Positions 37,614 to 47,423 of a stretch of DNA of 64,000 nucleotides are shown piece by piece. The position numbers and the translations under genes were made by a program. The DNA comes from Bdellovibrionales bacterium. Lineage in GTDB: Bacteria; Bdellovibrionota; Bdellovibrionia; Bdellovibrionales; JAGQZY01. The DNA lies in assembly GCA_964230645.1 (NCBI GenBank), contig CAXRHT010000001.1, positions 954,219 through 1,018,218 on the forward strand, in the 5' to 3' direction. Below the pieces are notes generated by a model that did not search any database, was not told where the DNA came from, and saw only the letters and a program-made list of their open reading frames with translations. Each line of letters opens with the position of its first letter. Positions within the stretch are counted from its first letter, which is position 1.

Positions 37614-38855
37614 AGCACTTAAGCAATAGCCAACAATATTTTTAATCTTCATCTCTACGATAGACAATAAAGGTAGGGCCCAAAAAGGTTGCGCAAGGTT
37701 TGTCCAAGCATCCCCCCACGCAATGGCCATCACGGCTTTACTTAGTGGCACACCCAACTCTTTTGCGGCTGGAATCATTATTGGAGCCTGCACAGCCCAC
37801 TGCCCTCCCCCTGAAGGGACGAATATATTCACAAGCCCCGCACTGAGAAAAGAAAAGACAGGAAATGTCTCTGGGGTACTAATGCTTACAAAATAGCGAG
37901 ATATTTGCTCTCCTAAGCCAGAGCTAATGATGACCGCCATGATCCCACCGTAAATAGGAAATTGCACAATAATGGAGACTAACTTCTCACATCCTTTTTT
38001 CGCAAAAAACAGATAGCTTTTTAACTGACCATGAAAAATCAGTCCTAGAAGAATAAGTAGAAGGTTCATCTCATTAAGTCCTAAGCTAAATTTCCCATGG
38101 CTCACTTGGATGCTTAGAAAAAACAAGATTAAAGAAACAAGAAGGATCAGGCTTTTATCTATTCCCTTTGTTGAGTCTCCCCTCGCTTCCCTTTGAATTT
38201 CCTCTCTAGATACACTAACCGCCGCTCCCTCTACTCTTCTTGCTAAAAAAATAATAAGCAGGGTGAAGGCAATTAATAAGGAGATTATGATTGATAGATT
38301 TAATACAGAAAAAAGTGTTTCCTCAATGGGTAAAACCTTTTGCGTCCATTGGTAAGAAAATCCTTCTCGAGAAGCAACAACTAACGGAATCGACCCAGAA
38401 AAGCCACCATGCCAGAATAAAAAACCCATATAGCTGACTGTCACCAGCAAAGGAAAGTGCACATTTTTATTTCGCTGACCGATCTCAAGACAAAAGAAAG
38501 CACCTAATATTAAACCCATCCCCCAGTTGAGCCAACAAGTCAGCGCGGAGACAAAGAAACAGAGTAGATAGGCTCCTAAAGGAGTTTCAGGAAAGCTCGC
38601 TATCCATGCTAGAGTTTTCTTAATAATAGGGCTACTCGCAAGAACAAAGCCTCCCAGAAGAATCATGCACATTTGAGTGGTGAAAGAAAGTAAACTCCAT
38701 AGGCCTGTACCCCAAAACACTGTATTTTCTGAAAAGGAAAAAGGCGTAAAAAGTGTTGCAACAACAAGAGTGAAGCCTGAGAGCACTACGGCGATGGATA
38801 GAGGATCAGGGAAGGTGAATTGCCACTTTCGATTTTTTTCTGACTTCTCTTTCAC
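37566..38855 (-). CDS. atoE: Short-chain fatty acid transporter
   Basis: PDP, WHGGFSGSIP, QFPIYGGI, FVPSGGGQWAVQAP, AWGDAWTNLAQPFWALP. Confidence 0.9.
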   Translation of the reverse strand: MKEKSEKNRKWQFTFPDPLSIAVVLSGFTLVVATLFTPFSFSENTVFWGTGLWSLLSFTTQMCMILLGGFVLASSPIIKKTLAWIASFPETPLGAYLLCFFVSALTCWLNWGMGLILGAFFCLEIGQRNKNVHFPLLVTVSYMGFLFWHGGFSGSIPLVVASREGFSYQWTQKVLPIEETLFSVLNLSIIISLLIAFTLLIIFLARRVEGAAVSVSREEIQREARGDSTKGIDKSLILLVSLILFFLSIQVSHGKFSLGLNEMNLLLILLGLIFHGQLKSYLFFAKKGCEKLVSIIVQFPIYGGIMAVIISSGLGEQISRYFVSISTPETFPVFSFLSAGLVNIFVPSGGGQWAVQAPIMIPAAKELGVPLSKAVMAIAWGDAWTNLAQPFWALPLLSIVEMKIKNIVGYCLSALVVSGTVISLILLIC

Positions 38856-38988
38856 TTCGTCCTCTTTAAGATCTTTTGCAACCCGTCTTATCTCTCACTA
38901 AAGTATGCAATATGGTTCATCTCGTCATCGCGCGTCGAGTCCTTCCTTAAGCTCTCAATATAAGTTTTCTCAGTCTATAATTGCACCT

Positions 38989-40659
38989 ATGAACGCTGCA
39001 ATTTTAGTCGCTTTGTGCTTATTGGCCTTTCTAATCGGTTATCAATTCTATGGTCGGTTCCTTTCTAAAAAGGTTTTTAAGCTAGAGGAAGAAGAGGGCC
39101 CCACACCCGCCCGTCAGTTCAATGACAATAGCGATTACTCACCTGCCAAAGCTTCTATTTTATGGGGGCATCATTTTTCTTCTATCGCAGGGGCCGCTCC
39201 GATTGTGGGTCCAGCCGTGGCGATCATCTGGGGCTGGTTACCAGCTCTTGTTTGGATTGTTGTGGGAACTATCTTTATGGGAGCCGCACACGACTTCGGT
39301 GCCCTTGTGGTTTCAATGAAAAATCGAGGTGTCTCTCTAGCAACGATTTCAGGAGACCTAATTTCTTCTCGCGTCAGAAATCTTTTGCTCATCGTTATTC
39401 TATTCCTCGTTTGGATGGTGATCGCTGTCTTTGCTCTTGTTATTGCCAACCTTTTTGTCAGCTTTCCAAGCTCGGTCATTCCGGTTAATTTTGAAATCTT
39501 TGTGGCCCTTTTTATTGGGTACTTTATTAATCGAAGAGGGAAGAATATTTTAGTTCCCGCTATTGTGGCACAGGGACTTTTGTTTTTCATGATCCATATG
39601 GGAAGCCTTTATCCCGTGGATCTTTCCCCTTACTTCAATACCCCTCTTCTCGTATGGATTTTATTTCTCCTAGGCTACTCGTTTATCGCCAGCATTCTGC
39701 CAGTGTGGGCTCTTTTACAGCCGCGTGACTATATCAACAGTCATCAATTACTCATTGGACTCACTGGCATCATTCTAGGTGTTCTATTCTTACAGCCACA
39801 AGTTGTGGCTCCGGCCATTCAAGCCAATCCTTCGGGAGCTCCCTCATGGTTTCCCTTTCTTTTTATTACCATCGCCTGTGGTGCGATTAGTGGCTTTCAT
39901 GGTTTGGTCAGTGCCGGCACAAGTAGCAAACAAGTGGCCCACTGGAAAGATGCAAAAATTGTGGGATACGGAGGAATGATTGGAGAGGGAACACTTGCCG
40001 TATTAGCGACTTTAGCTGTTAGCGCTGGCTTTTTGACAGAGTCCGATTGGCACTCTCACTATGGCTCATGGGATCAGGCCAAAGGCCTCTCGGCTTCTAT
40101 AAATGCCTTTGTGATGGGAACCACCCGGTTTCTGAGTGCTATTGGTATTCCCGAAGATTTTGCAGCCACCATGATGGCTGTATTAATTATTAGTTTTGCA
40201 GCCACGAGTTTAGATACTGCCACTCGCATTCAACGCTATATCATTAGTGAGGTAGGCGAGCTTACCAACATTCCAGCCCTAAAAGCCTCCTGGGGCTCTG
40301 CTGGTCTGGCTGTTTTATCGGCTCTGTTCTTAATGTTTATTGAGTCCGGCGGAAAAGGAGGCCTCATTCTTTGGCCCCTTTTTGGAGCCACCAACCAAAT
40401 GCTGGCCGCCCTCACCATGATTATTATCTGCGCTTATTTGATTTCCAAAGAAGTGAGTATCAGGAATTACTTCCTTCCTTTGGTATTCCTATTAGTGGTC
40501 ACAACAATAGGGCTTGGGCACAACTTTTTGGGCTTTATGCAATCTCACAATTACCTATTGTCCGCTTTGACTTTTATTCTTCTTGTCATTGAAGTTTGGA
40601 TTACAATTGAAGCCTGGCAGGTTTTCAATTCAAAATCTTCTGTTAAGAATAGGACATAA
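38989..40659 (+). CDS. cstA: Carbon starvation protein A
   Basis: GHHFSSIAGAAPIVGP, QPRDYIN, FITIACGAISGFH, LWPLFGATNQ. Confidence 0.93.
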   Translation: MNAAILVALCLLAFLIGYQFYGRFLSKKVFKLEEEEGPTPARQFNDNSDYSPAKASILWGHHFSSIAGAAPIVGPAVAIIWGWLPALVWIVVGTIFMGAAHDFGALVVSMKNRGVSLATISGDLISSRVRNLLLIVILFLVWMVIAVFALVIANLFVSFPSSVIPVNFEIFVALFIGYFINRRGKNILVPAIVAQGLLFFMIHMGSLYPVDLSPYFNTPLLVWILFLLGYSFIASILPVWALLQPRDYINSHQLLIGLTGIILGVLFLQPQVVAPAIQANPSGAPSWFPFLFITIACGAISGFHGLVSAGTSSKQVAHWKDAKIVGYGGMIGEGTLAVLATLAVSAGFLTESDWHSHYGSWDQAKGLSASINAFVMGTTRFLSAIGIPEDFAATMMAVLIISFAATSLDTATRIQRYIISEVGELTNIPALKASWGSAGLAVLSALFLMFIESGGKGGLILWPLFGATNQMLAALTMIIICAYLISKEVSIRNYFLPLVFLLVVTTIGLGHNFLGFMQSHNYLLSALTFILLVIEVWITIEAWQVFNSKSSVKNRT

Positions 40660-40684
40660 AAAAAGCCGCTCGAAAGCGGCTTTC
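40658..40684. terminator. Rho-independent terminator between convergent genes
   Basis: AAAGCCGCT-CGAA-AGCGGCTTT with A-tract. Confidence 0.8.
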
Positions 40685-40712
40685 TATTTCAGACGAATAA
40701 TGTACGAAAATA

Positions 40713-42575
40713 TTAAAGTTGCTCTAAGTCTCTTTCAAGAGAGTAAGCAATAGAAGCAACCCAATCAGAAACGTAGTTTGGACGCTTTTCGTAAACTAGA
40801 GAAAGTGTAAACATATTGCGTTCAGCAAAGCTAGTTTCTTTAAGTGCTTTGGCAATGCTCATACTTTCGTTAAGTGTACTTTGAGCTCTTTCGCAAGAAT
40901 ACTGAACTCTCCCATGATTCTTTAAAAGAGAAGTTGTGAAAAACTCACACTTTCTTTGTAACACACCGTGGGCATCGATCATATCAGACAAAGCCTGAAC
41001 CAATTCTCTTTTAAGACGATCTTGAACTTCCAACGTTCTCTCGGCGTACTCTTGGTTATAGCCTTGCTCCTGGAGAATAGAGGCATAGTCGTAATCCTCT
41101 CTAAAGAGATCGTGAAAAGCGTTTTTGATAGGACCAGAGGTGTCTCCATAGTCGTAGTCGTAGTTGAAATTGGGATCTTGAGGATAGCGCGTGCTGGGGT
41201 GACCGATATAAACAGATTGAGTCTGTCTATGGGCCAACCTTTCCAGCATGGTAATTTTTCTCTCTAGATCTCTTTTCTTATGTCGAATGTAATCTGGAGC
41301 TTCATCATCAACTAGGAAGTTTTCAATTTCGCGCTGAAGTTTGGCAACAGCAACACGCCCATCTTCACCCATGCCGTTTCGGATAGAATTTTCAACGGCT
41401 TTCAGCTCTTCGATAGCCCAACTACGAACTTGAAGCGCACGAGTCGTCGCCTCTTGAGGTGGGAGAGGAGCTACGAAAGTTACTGGACGAGGTGTAAATG
41501 ATCCTGTGTCAATTTCTGGTAAAGAAACCGGCTCGTCGTCAACTTCTACCCGGTCCGGAAGTTGAGAGATCTCTGGAGCGTAAGCTTCGGCATAATAAGC
41601 ATTCAGCTCGTTAAGAGGAACGTCAATCGCTGCGACTCCACTTTCTGACACATAAGGAGCGACGGGAGACTGAGAACTCTCACCGAATTCTGAGCTAACC
41701 TGTGGTGGAACCACACGAGAGACTCTCTGCAAGTCGTATCCAGCATTCTCATCAAGACGAGTAAGATAGTCTTCAGTGATTAACTCACAGACATCACAGG
41801 TTTGCACAACCTTGTCGATATAGGTCTCAGACTTTTCAAGGATTTCTAATAGACGTTCGCGATGAACAAAAAGATTGCTCTCTTTATCGAGATCGGCTTT
41901 GAAGTCATAGTAGGTACAAAGGTTATTGAAATAGTTATTGATGTCTTCAATCTTATCGTAATCGTATGTCTTTCTAGCCTGAACAATCTTATCGATACTT
42001 GAAAGCAAAGCACCCGCTACTTGACCACCAAGGCTGATCTTCGCACCCCAAGGCCCGGCTAGGGCTCCAACAGCACCAGAAACTTCACTGATAACATTGG
42101 ATAGGAATGAAAGTGTGGATTGCTTTTGCTCTTTATCAAAACAAGCGGAATTTTTTACTAACCCTGCAAGATTGGCTGTGTAATTAACAACGTTCGTCAC
42201 GTATTCTTTAACCGTAGCTACTTCAGTGTCAGTCAATTGACCTTCTCCGAAGACACCCTTTTCAACGAGTTGTACAAAGGTCTCACGGTCATCGGTGATC
42301 AATGTTTCTAAGCTTTCCACCTGAATACTTGATTCGTTACAGGCTTGATTTTGAATAGTGACTTTGATCTCATTTAATTGAGCAAGAAGATCGGAATACT
42401 TCTTGGCAGGCCTTGGACAAGGAAGCACGGGAGCTTCGGCGAATCCACCTTGCATCACTTCTGCTTTTTCCGGAATTTCGAACTCTTCGGTGGAACGAAT
42501 AAAGCCACCGTTTTGACCCATTGCCGGCCAAACGAATAGACTACAAAATATTAATGATATTGTTAAACGACCCAA
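40713..42575 (-). CDS. Large secreted hypothetical protein
   Basis: GAGGAGG RBS, signal peptide, 620 aa, own terminator. Confidence 0.8.
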   Translation of the reverse strand: MGRLTISLIFCSLFVWPAMGQNGGFIRSTEEFEIPEKAEVMQGGFAEAPVLPCPRPAKKYSDLLAQLNEIKVTIQNQACNESSIQVESLETLITDDRETFVQLVEKGVFGEGQLTDTEVATVKEYVTNVVNYTANLAGLVKNSACFDKEQKQSTLSFLSNVISEVSGAVGALAGPWGAKISLGGQVAGALLSSIDKIVQARKTYDYDKIEDINNYFNNLCTYYDFKADLDKESNLFVHRERLLEILEKSETYIDKVVQTCDVCELITEDYLTRLDENAGYDLQRVSRVVPPQVSSEFGESSQSPVAPYVSESGVAAIDVPLNELNAYYAEAYAPEISQLPDRVEVDDEPVSLPEIDTGSFTPRPVTFVAPLPPQEATTRALQVRSWAIEELKAVENSIRNGMGEDGRVAVAKLQREIENFLVDDEAPDYIRHKKRDLERKITMLERLAHRQTQSVYIGHPSTRYPQDPNFNYDYDYGDTSGPIKNAFHDLFREDYDYASILQEQGYNQEYAERTLEVQDRLKRELVQALSDMIDAHGVLQRKCEFFTTSLLKNHGRVQYSCERAQSTLNESMSIAKALKETSFAERNMFTLSLVYEKRPNYVSDWVASIAYSLERDLEQL

Positions 42576-42695
42576 TTTCTCCCTCCTCTTTTAGTGAGTG
42601 GCGCCATTATTCACAAGTGAGTAGAGCTTGAACAGGAGGGTTGTAAATATTACAGATAAAGAAATCGAAAGTAGGTAGAAATTAAAGTAACAGAC

Positions 42696-43106
42696 CTAGA
42701 AGCTATACTGCCTGACGACCTCTTCATCGCGAGGCCCTAGTAAGGTCAACTGTAAGAAGAGTCGGTCCTCGACAGGAATCAAACACTCTAAGCGCACATG
42801 CTTGGTGTCATCATCGGCTGTGCCATCCTGACCTCGACACACCCCGGAAATATCGAGGGTGCTGAAGAGAACTTGGTAGGTAATAGATTGGTCGGGATCA
42901 TGAGCATATGACATCGCAAGGTCAAAAGTGTAGCGCTGACGTTGATTCTGGTCCAGCTCAACTCTTAACAATTTCAAATCATAGTAAAAATCAGGGGGCT
43001 CATTGTAGCTATAAAAATTATCAACTTCGGCTTTTTCAAAACTTCCACAGTTCTGAAAAAGGAAAAAACAAAGACTCAATAAGCCAAGACGATAGAAGAT
43101 ATTCAA
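42696..43106 (-). CDS. Hypothetical lipoprotein
   Basis: FFLFQNC lipobox. Confidence 0.7.
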   Translation of the reverse strand: MNIFYRLGLLSLCFFLFQNCGSFEKAEVDNFYSYNEPPDFYYDLKLLRVELDQNQRQRYTFDLAMSYAHDPDQSITYQVLFSTLDISGVCRGQDGTADDDTKHVRLECLIPVEDRLFLQLTLLGPRDEEVVRQYSF

Positions 43107-43495
43107 AAGGGCCGCTCCCTATCTTCATTGAACGGATCTTCCTCATCGTTCTCTTGACCCGGCTCGGCCTCCATTCGGATTCTCAAGTTATTGATACTAA
43201 TAAAGGAATCAAAAAGATCGTCAGAGGCGATAGTGACGGCCAAATCAACGACTCCCTCTTCCCGGCAGTATAGATGAAAGATGGTGTTGTAATAAGGATC
43301 AACCATGGTGGAGCAGGAGTCATTACCCTGTGTGATCACACTGATAACACTCTGAACACTCTCCCCTTGCACGGTGAAGGGTAGCATTCGATTTTCCACG
43401 AAAGCACTTTCAGGATAATGAGAAACCACCGTCACTTCTTGCGAAAAAGATGGGATGGCAAAAAAGAATAGGATTGCAAAGAAAATATACTTCAT
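43103..43495 (-). CDS. Secreted hypothetical protein
   Basis: Signal peptide; 4-nt overlap with next gene. Confidence 0.7.
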   Translation of the reverse strand: MKYIFFAILFFFAIPSFSQEVTVVSHYPESAFVENRMLPFTVQGESVQSVISVITQGNDSCSTMVDPYYNTIFHLYCREEGVVDLAVTIASDDLFDSFISINNLRIRMEAEPGQENDEEDPFNEDRERPF

Positions 43496-43614
43496 ATCAC
43501 CAATGAGCTTTTCGGAATTTAGGCTATAAAAGATAAGCTTTTAAAGGGAGGGAGACTTTGAGCCTAGACCTTCGGGAAGAAATATTACTTTCGTCGAGAA
43601 TTCATATGGGAGAG

Positions 43615-43644
43615 AAAAGCCCTCAGAGAGGGGCTCTGAGGGCT
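43615..43644 (-). terminator. Terminator after hsp20
   Basis: AGCCCTCAGAG-N5-CTCTGAGGGCTTTTC on minus strand. Confidence 0.75.
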
Positions 43645-43674
43645 AACGAACAAAGGGTGGGATCGGCTTTGGGA

Positions 43675-44151
43675 TTAAGATTCCTTTTCTTTAGAACCTA
43701 AAAGTTCCGAGAGAAAGTGACCTTTCTTCGACTTCACCTCCACTTTGCGAGCTTGGGCTTCTTCTGATTTTGGAAGCGCAATCTTTAGCTCACCGTTGGT
43801 GTAATCGGCTTCAATTTTGTCTTGGTCTACATTCTTAGGAATGCGAAAAGACTGCCGGAAAAAACCGTAATGTCGACCGGTGTAGTTTTTAGAATCCTCT
43901 GAGAATTCTTTTTTTCTTTCACCAGAGATACTCAACACGGAATCCTTAACTTCGATGTTGATATCTTTTTCCTTCATGCCCGGTAGATCCAAAGAAAACA
44001 GAATATACTTTTCCGTTTCTTCAATGTCACAAGCCGGACGATAAACATTCGGGTTTCTTGTTTCAAAAAGCGAATCAAAAAGTTGGTCAAATTCATTAAA
44101 CCAATTGTGGGAAAGCGAGTTGGCCTTCCATGCAGGTACTAAGTCTTTCAT
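43675..44151 (-). CDS. Hsp20/alpha-crystallin small heat shock protein
   Basis: DIEET, DLPG, ISGER, YGFFRQSF, ADYTNGELKIALPK. Confidence 0.93.
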   Translation of the reverse strand: MKDLVPAWKANSLSHNWFNEFDQLFDSLFETRNPNVYRPACDIEETEKYILFSLDLPGMKEKDINIEVKDSVLSISGERKKEFSEDSKNYTGRHYGFFRQSFRIPKNVDQDKIEADYTNGELKIALPKSEEAQARKVEVKSKKGHFLSELLGSKEKES

Positions 44152-44200
44152 CGTAAACTCCTTTCTTACTAGATTTTAAAGTCCAGACCTTACACCCCTA

Positions 44201-44228
44201 AGATGGTGTGATTCTCGAATCGGTCAAG
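44201..44228 (-). promoter_or_regulatory. sigma32-like heat-shock promoter
   Basis: CTTGAcc-N13-CACCATCT upstream of hsp20. Confidence 0.55.
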
Positions 44229-44431
44229 GTGGAGGTATGCATTTTTTTGTCTCGCATCTAGACCTTGACGGAATGGTAAATGACATCAAATTAGTAAATT
44301 GCAATTGGCGTCCCAATTTAAGTCGTTCGGTCTAATTTTTTTGAACAAAGCCAAAGCTCTTTGCTATTCTATGAATTCGGGTGGTTAGCTCTTTACCTCC
44401 CTAAAAATACGTCTAACTAGGAGTACGTTAT

Positions 44432-44734
44432 ATGAAAAATCTATTTATTGACTGGAAAGGACTCGTTCCCTCTGAGGAAACAAAAAATCAGACCGAAGAG
44501 ATTATGAAGACCTTAAAATATATTCTCCCACCAGACAGTGATATAAAAATTTCTGTAGAAAAATTTAATAAAAACTTTGAGGGTCACATAGTCGTGCGCT
44601 CTCCCCTAGGAGACTTCGCGGCCCATACCGAAAACAAAGACCTCTTTTGCTTATGCAAAAACTTGCGCAAAAACCTTAAACAGCAGATTTTTAAATACCG
44701 AGAAACTCATCAACAGTGGTCTCGTGCTTCTTAA
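44432..44734 (+). CDS. HPF/RaiA-like ribosome-associated protein, divergent
   Basis: 100 aa, pattern PSEE...DLF...LKQQI.KYR; AGGAG RBS. Confidence 0.5.
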   Translation: MKNLFIDWKGLVPSEETKNQTEEIMKTLKYILPPDSDIKISVEKFNKNFEGHIVVRSPLGDFAAHTENKDLFCLCKNLRKNLKQQIFKYRETHQQWSRAS

Positions 44735-44755
44735 TTTAAAAGACATTTAAGAGTT

Positions 44756-44787
44756 AAAAACCCGCAGGATCACCTACGGGTTTTTTT
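44756..44787 (+). terminator. Rho-independent terminator
   Basis: AAAAACCCGCAGG-ATCA-CCTACGGGTTTTTTT. Confidence 0.75.
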
Positions 44788-44882
44788 GTGCCCAGAGGGT
44801 CTCAAAATGAGACTGACCCTCCAAAAAAACACCCCTTTCTCCGAGTTTCCTTTGACATCGGGTGTTGATTTGCTAATAACCT

Positions 44883-44951
44883 GGGAGGCCCTGGCCCGAT
44901 TCTCTCCCAAACGAGAGCGTTCCAGTCCGCCCTCGGTCAGATTAAAAGGAG
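44883..44951 (+). ncRNA. Candidate structured cis-regulatory leader of queF-D-E (preQ1-riboswitch-like topology)
   Basis: Lies between TTGACA(44852)/TAATAA promoter and GGAG RBS; GGGAGG/UCUCCC stem whose loop CUGG can pair with CCAG or UCAG downstream. Confidence 0.35.
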
Positions 44952-44956
44952 CCCCC

Positions 44957-45343
44957 GTGGATAAGAAATATGGCGATAAAATAATAGAAGAGGCCAAACT
45001 CGAGCGCTTTGAAAACAGAACAAAGCACCGGGATTACAAAGTGGATTTTACCTGCCCCGAATTTACCTGCCTCTGCCCCCGAAGTGGTTTTCCCGACTTC
45101 GCCACCATTTCCATTAGCTACTTCCCTGATGATTGGTGTGTGGAGCTTAAGTCACTGAAGCTTTATATTAATAAATTTCGTGATGACCGTGTCTTCCATG
45201 AGGATGTAACCAACCGGATCTTAGACGATTTGGTCGAGCTCCTGGATCCTAAAAAAATTCAGGTCGTTGCTGACTTCAATGTTCGCGGCAACATACATAC
45301 TGTCATTTCTGCTGAACATAAGAAAGAGGGCTGCGATTTATGA
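44957..45343 (+). CDS. queF: preQ0 reductase (type I)
   Basis: PEFTCLCPRSGFPDFA, VELKSLKLY, FHE, RGNI; AAGGAG RBS before GTG 44957. Confidence 0.93.
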   Translation: MDKKYGDKIIEEAKLERFENRTKHRDYKVDFTCPEFTCLCPRSGFPDFATISISYFPDDWCVELKSLKLYINKFRDDRVFHEDVTNRILDDLVELLDPKKIQVVADFNVRGNIHTVISAEHKKEGCDL

Positions 45344-45873
45344 TTCTTGAGTTTTCCTATCGCTTCGAAGCGGCCCATCGCTTTTTAAATTCTGCATCGG
45401 TTCCCTGCATGACTCCCCACGGTCATACTTGGTACGCGACTCTCGGAATTGAGTTTTTAGGAAATCAACTGAACAGGAATGAGATGACCCAAGAGTTTAC
45501 CCAACTCAAAAAGCAATGGAAAACTTTAGTGACAGACGTTCTTGATCACTCCTACCTCCACAATATCAACGATCCTATCGTAGAAGTTTTAAAGTCTGAA
45601 ACAAAAGCCCCCCGCCTGCTTCCCTTTCCTAATGATCCTACGACAGAGGCCATTTCACTTTTTCTTTTTAATAAGATGGACTTGGTTTTTTCACAGTCAG
45701 ATAAGAGTGAGACTTTCCGAGTAAGCTTTATCAAGATCCAGGAAACTCCGACTAACTCTTTACATTGTACTCGTGATTTCTTTCTCTCTCAGAAGGAATC
45801 GATATATAAGAATGCAGGATGGTGGACGGAAACAGATATTGAAAGCCGAAGTTATTATGGATCAAACGATTAG
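45340..45873 (+). CDS. queD: 6-carboxytetrahydropterin synthase
   Basis: FEAAHR, C..PHGH, LDHSYL, PTTE, ETP. Confidence 0.88.
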   Translation: MILEFSYRFEAAHRFLNSASVPCMTPHGHTWYATLGIEFLGNQLNRNEMTQEFTQLKKQWKTLVTDVLDHSYLHNINDPIVEVLKSETKAPRLLPFPNDPTTEAISLFLFNKMDLVFSQSDKSETFRVSFIKIQETPTNSLHCTRDFFLSQKESIYKNAGWWTETDIESRSYYGSND

Positions 45874-46468
45874 AATCAATGACCTGTTCTGGACATTCCA
45901 AGGAGAAGGTCGTTTTTCAGGTCACAGAGCCCTTTTTATCCGGCTTCCTTTTTGTAATTATAACTGCCCTTGGTGCGATACAGAATACAATAGCTTCAAG
46001 AAATGGGATCTAGAAAGCTTTCAGAAGTTTATCACTCAAGAAGACTGCCGTTTTGCCGTCATCACTGGTGGCGAACCTCTGGCTAGTAAAGAACTGCCAA
46101 AGGTTCTTAAAATTTTAAAAGAGTTTGGTTTTTTCGTGGCTTGTGAAACCAACGGCAGCTTCCCAGCCCCCGAGGAAATCGATTTCGTAACAACTTCCCC
46201 TAAAAACTATACCAAAGGAAATTATGAGCCTTACTTTGTTCATCCCGATCTCTGGGAGCGAACATCAGAATGGAAGTATGTTGTGGACCGGGAGTTCGAT
46301 TTTGAGCTGCTCAGCCGACATGAAAAAAAGAAGAATCAAGCCGTCTACTCCTTATCGCCAGAGTTTACCCATATGGACGAAAATTTAAAAAGAATACAAA
46401 ATTACATTCGTATCAACCCACAATGGAAAATAAGCCTACAAACTCACAAATGGATTGGAATACCCTAA
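45857..46468 (+). CDS. queE: 7-carboxy-7-deazaguanine synthase (radical SAM)
   Basis: FQGEG, CNYNCPWCDT, TGGEP, ETNG, SPK, SLQTHK. Confidence 0.92.
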   Translation: MDQTIRINDLFWTFQGEGRFSGHRALFIRLPFCNYNCPWCDTEYNSFKKWDLESFQKFITQEDCRFAVITGGEPLASKELPKVLKILKEFGFFVACETNGSFPAPEEIDFVTTSPKNYTKGNYEPYFVHPDLWERTSEWKYVVDREFDFELLSRHEKKKNQAVYSLSPEFTHMDENLKRIQNYIRINPQWKISLQTHKWIGIP

Positions 46469-46577
46469 GTTTCATTGAAAAAGCTTCAAATAATCTTGGC
46501 AAACTTCCAAACTAAGCTCTAAATTTTGACACCCCCTCTATTAATACCCAATAATGACGTCCTCTAAGGGGGATCGC

Positions 46578-47423
46578 ATGAAACCTTTATTCGCATTCAC
46601 AATCATGGTCGCATCATTGATCAGTCATGAGGCTAAAGCTAACTTTGAAATGGCCACTAAGCACGCCATGGAACAAGCTTTTACTGAGAGAGTGATGCCA
46701 CTTGAAACTTGGGTTTCCCAGTTAAACTCTCAAGGCTACGAACTTCTTTGCCTAGGCGAAACCCATAACGATTATTATAGAGAACTTTATTCTACAAAAG
46801 TTTTTTCGCTACTCCAGGCTGATGTGCTTGCAGTGGAATCCAATCAAGAAAAGGCCTCACTTATGATGGATAAGTACCACTCTGACTCAACAAGTGAGTT
46901 AAAAGTGACTGGGGCTCCTTACCGTATCGTTCTCAATTCATTCCTAAGTACCAATCCTGAAGGAGAAGTAATGGGAGTGGAGCCTTCTGACCAGCAGACC
47001 AGTGAAGCCACTCTCGCTCAAATGCAAGGCGTTGAAGAGGCGGCATTCACTCGTCCCAGTCGAGATAGTTTTATAGCAACTAATATTGCACCCAACCTAG
47101 AAATCTCCGACTTAAGAACAGTGGCCCTCTACGGCTCCAGTCACTGCACCTACTTTGAAAATGGTTTGGGGTTTGATACGCCATTTATGCGATTTCTAAT
47201 GACTGAATATGGAGATCAGAATCGAATATTAAATCTACATATCTTAGAGCCCGAAGAGGAGCATCTCTTGAAGATTTATCTGAAGGGTTTTGGACTTCTT
47301 GAGGATGGTACCGATCAAGTTCTCGTAAACACTCGCTCCATTGATCCGGCCGTCTATAATTATCGCATCGAACTCTATGTCATTCTTCAATCCTACGACG
47401 TCATTTATTTTCCTGCCGACTAG
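46578..47423 (+). CDS. Secreted hypothetical protein, ChaN/TraB-like fold possible
   Basis: Signal peptide; LGETH, LAVE, RDSFIA, YGSSH. Confidence 0.55.
   Translation: MKPLFAFTIMVASLISHEAKANFEMATKHAMEQAFTERVMPLETWVSQLNSQGYELLCLGETHNDYYRELYSTKVFSLLQADVLAVESNQEKASLMMDKYHSDSTSELKVTGAPYRIVLNSFLSTNPEGEVMGVEPSDQQTSEATLAQMQGVEEAAFTRPSRDSFIATNIAPNLEISDLRTVALYGSSHCTYFENGLGFDTPFMRFLMTEYGDQNRILNLHILEPEEEHLLKIYLKGFGLLEDGTDQVLVNTRSIDPAVYNYRIELYVILQSYDVIYFPAD

Noticed and set aside
44786..44956. 57-aa N-terminal extension of QueF given in the ORF track
   Set aside because: It overlaps a terminator and promoter; the SD precedes GTG 44957.
44957..46468. 7-deazaguanine DNA-modification (dpd) system
   Set aside because: No dpdA/tgt-like or other dpd genes nearby; queF points to tRNA queuosine synthesis.
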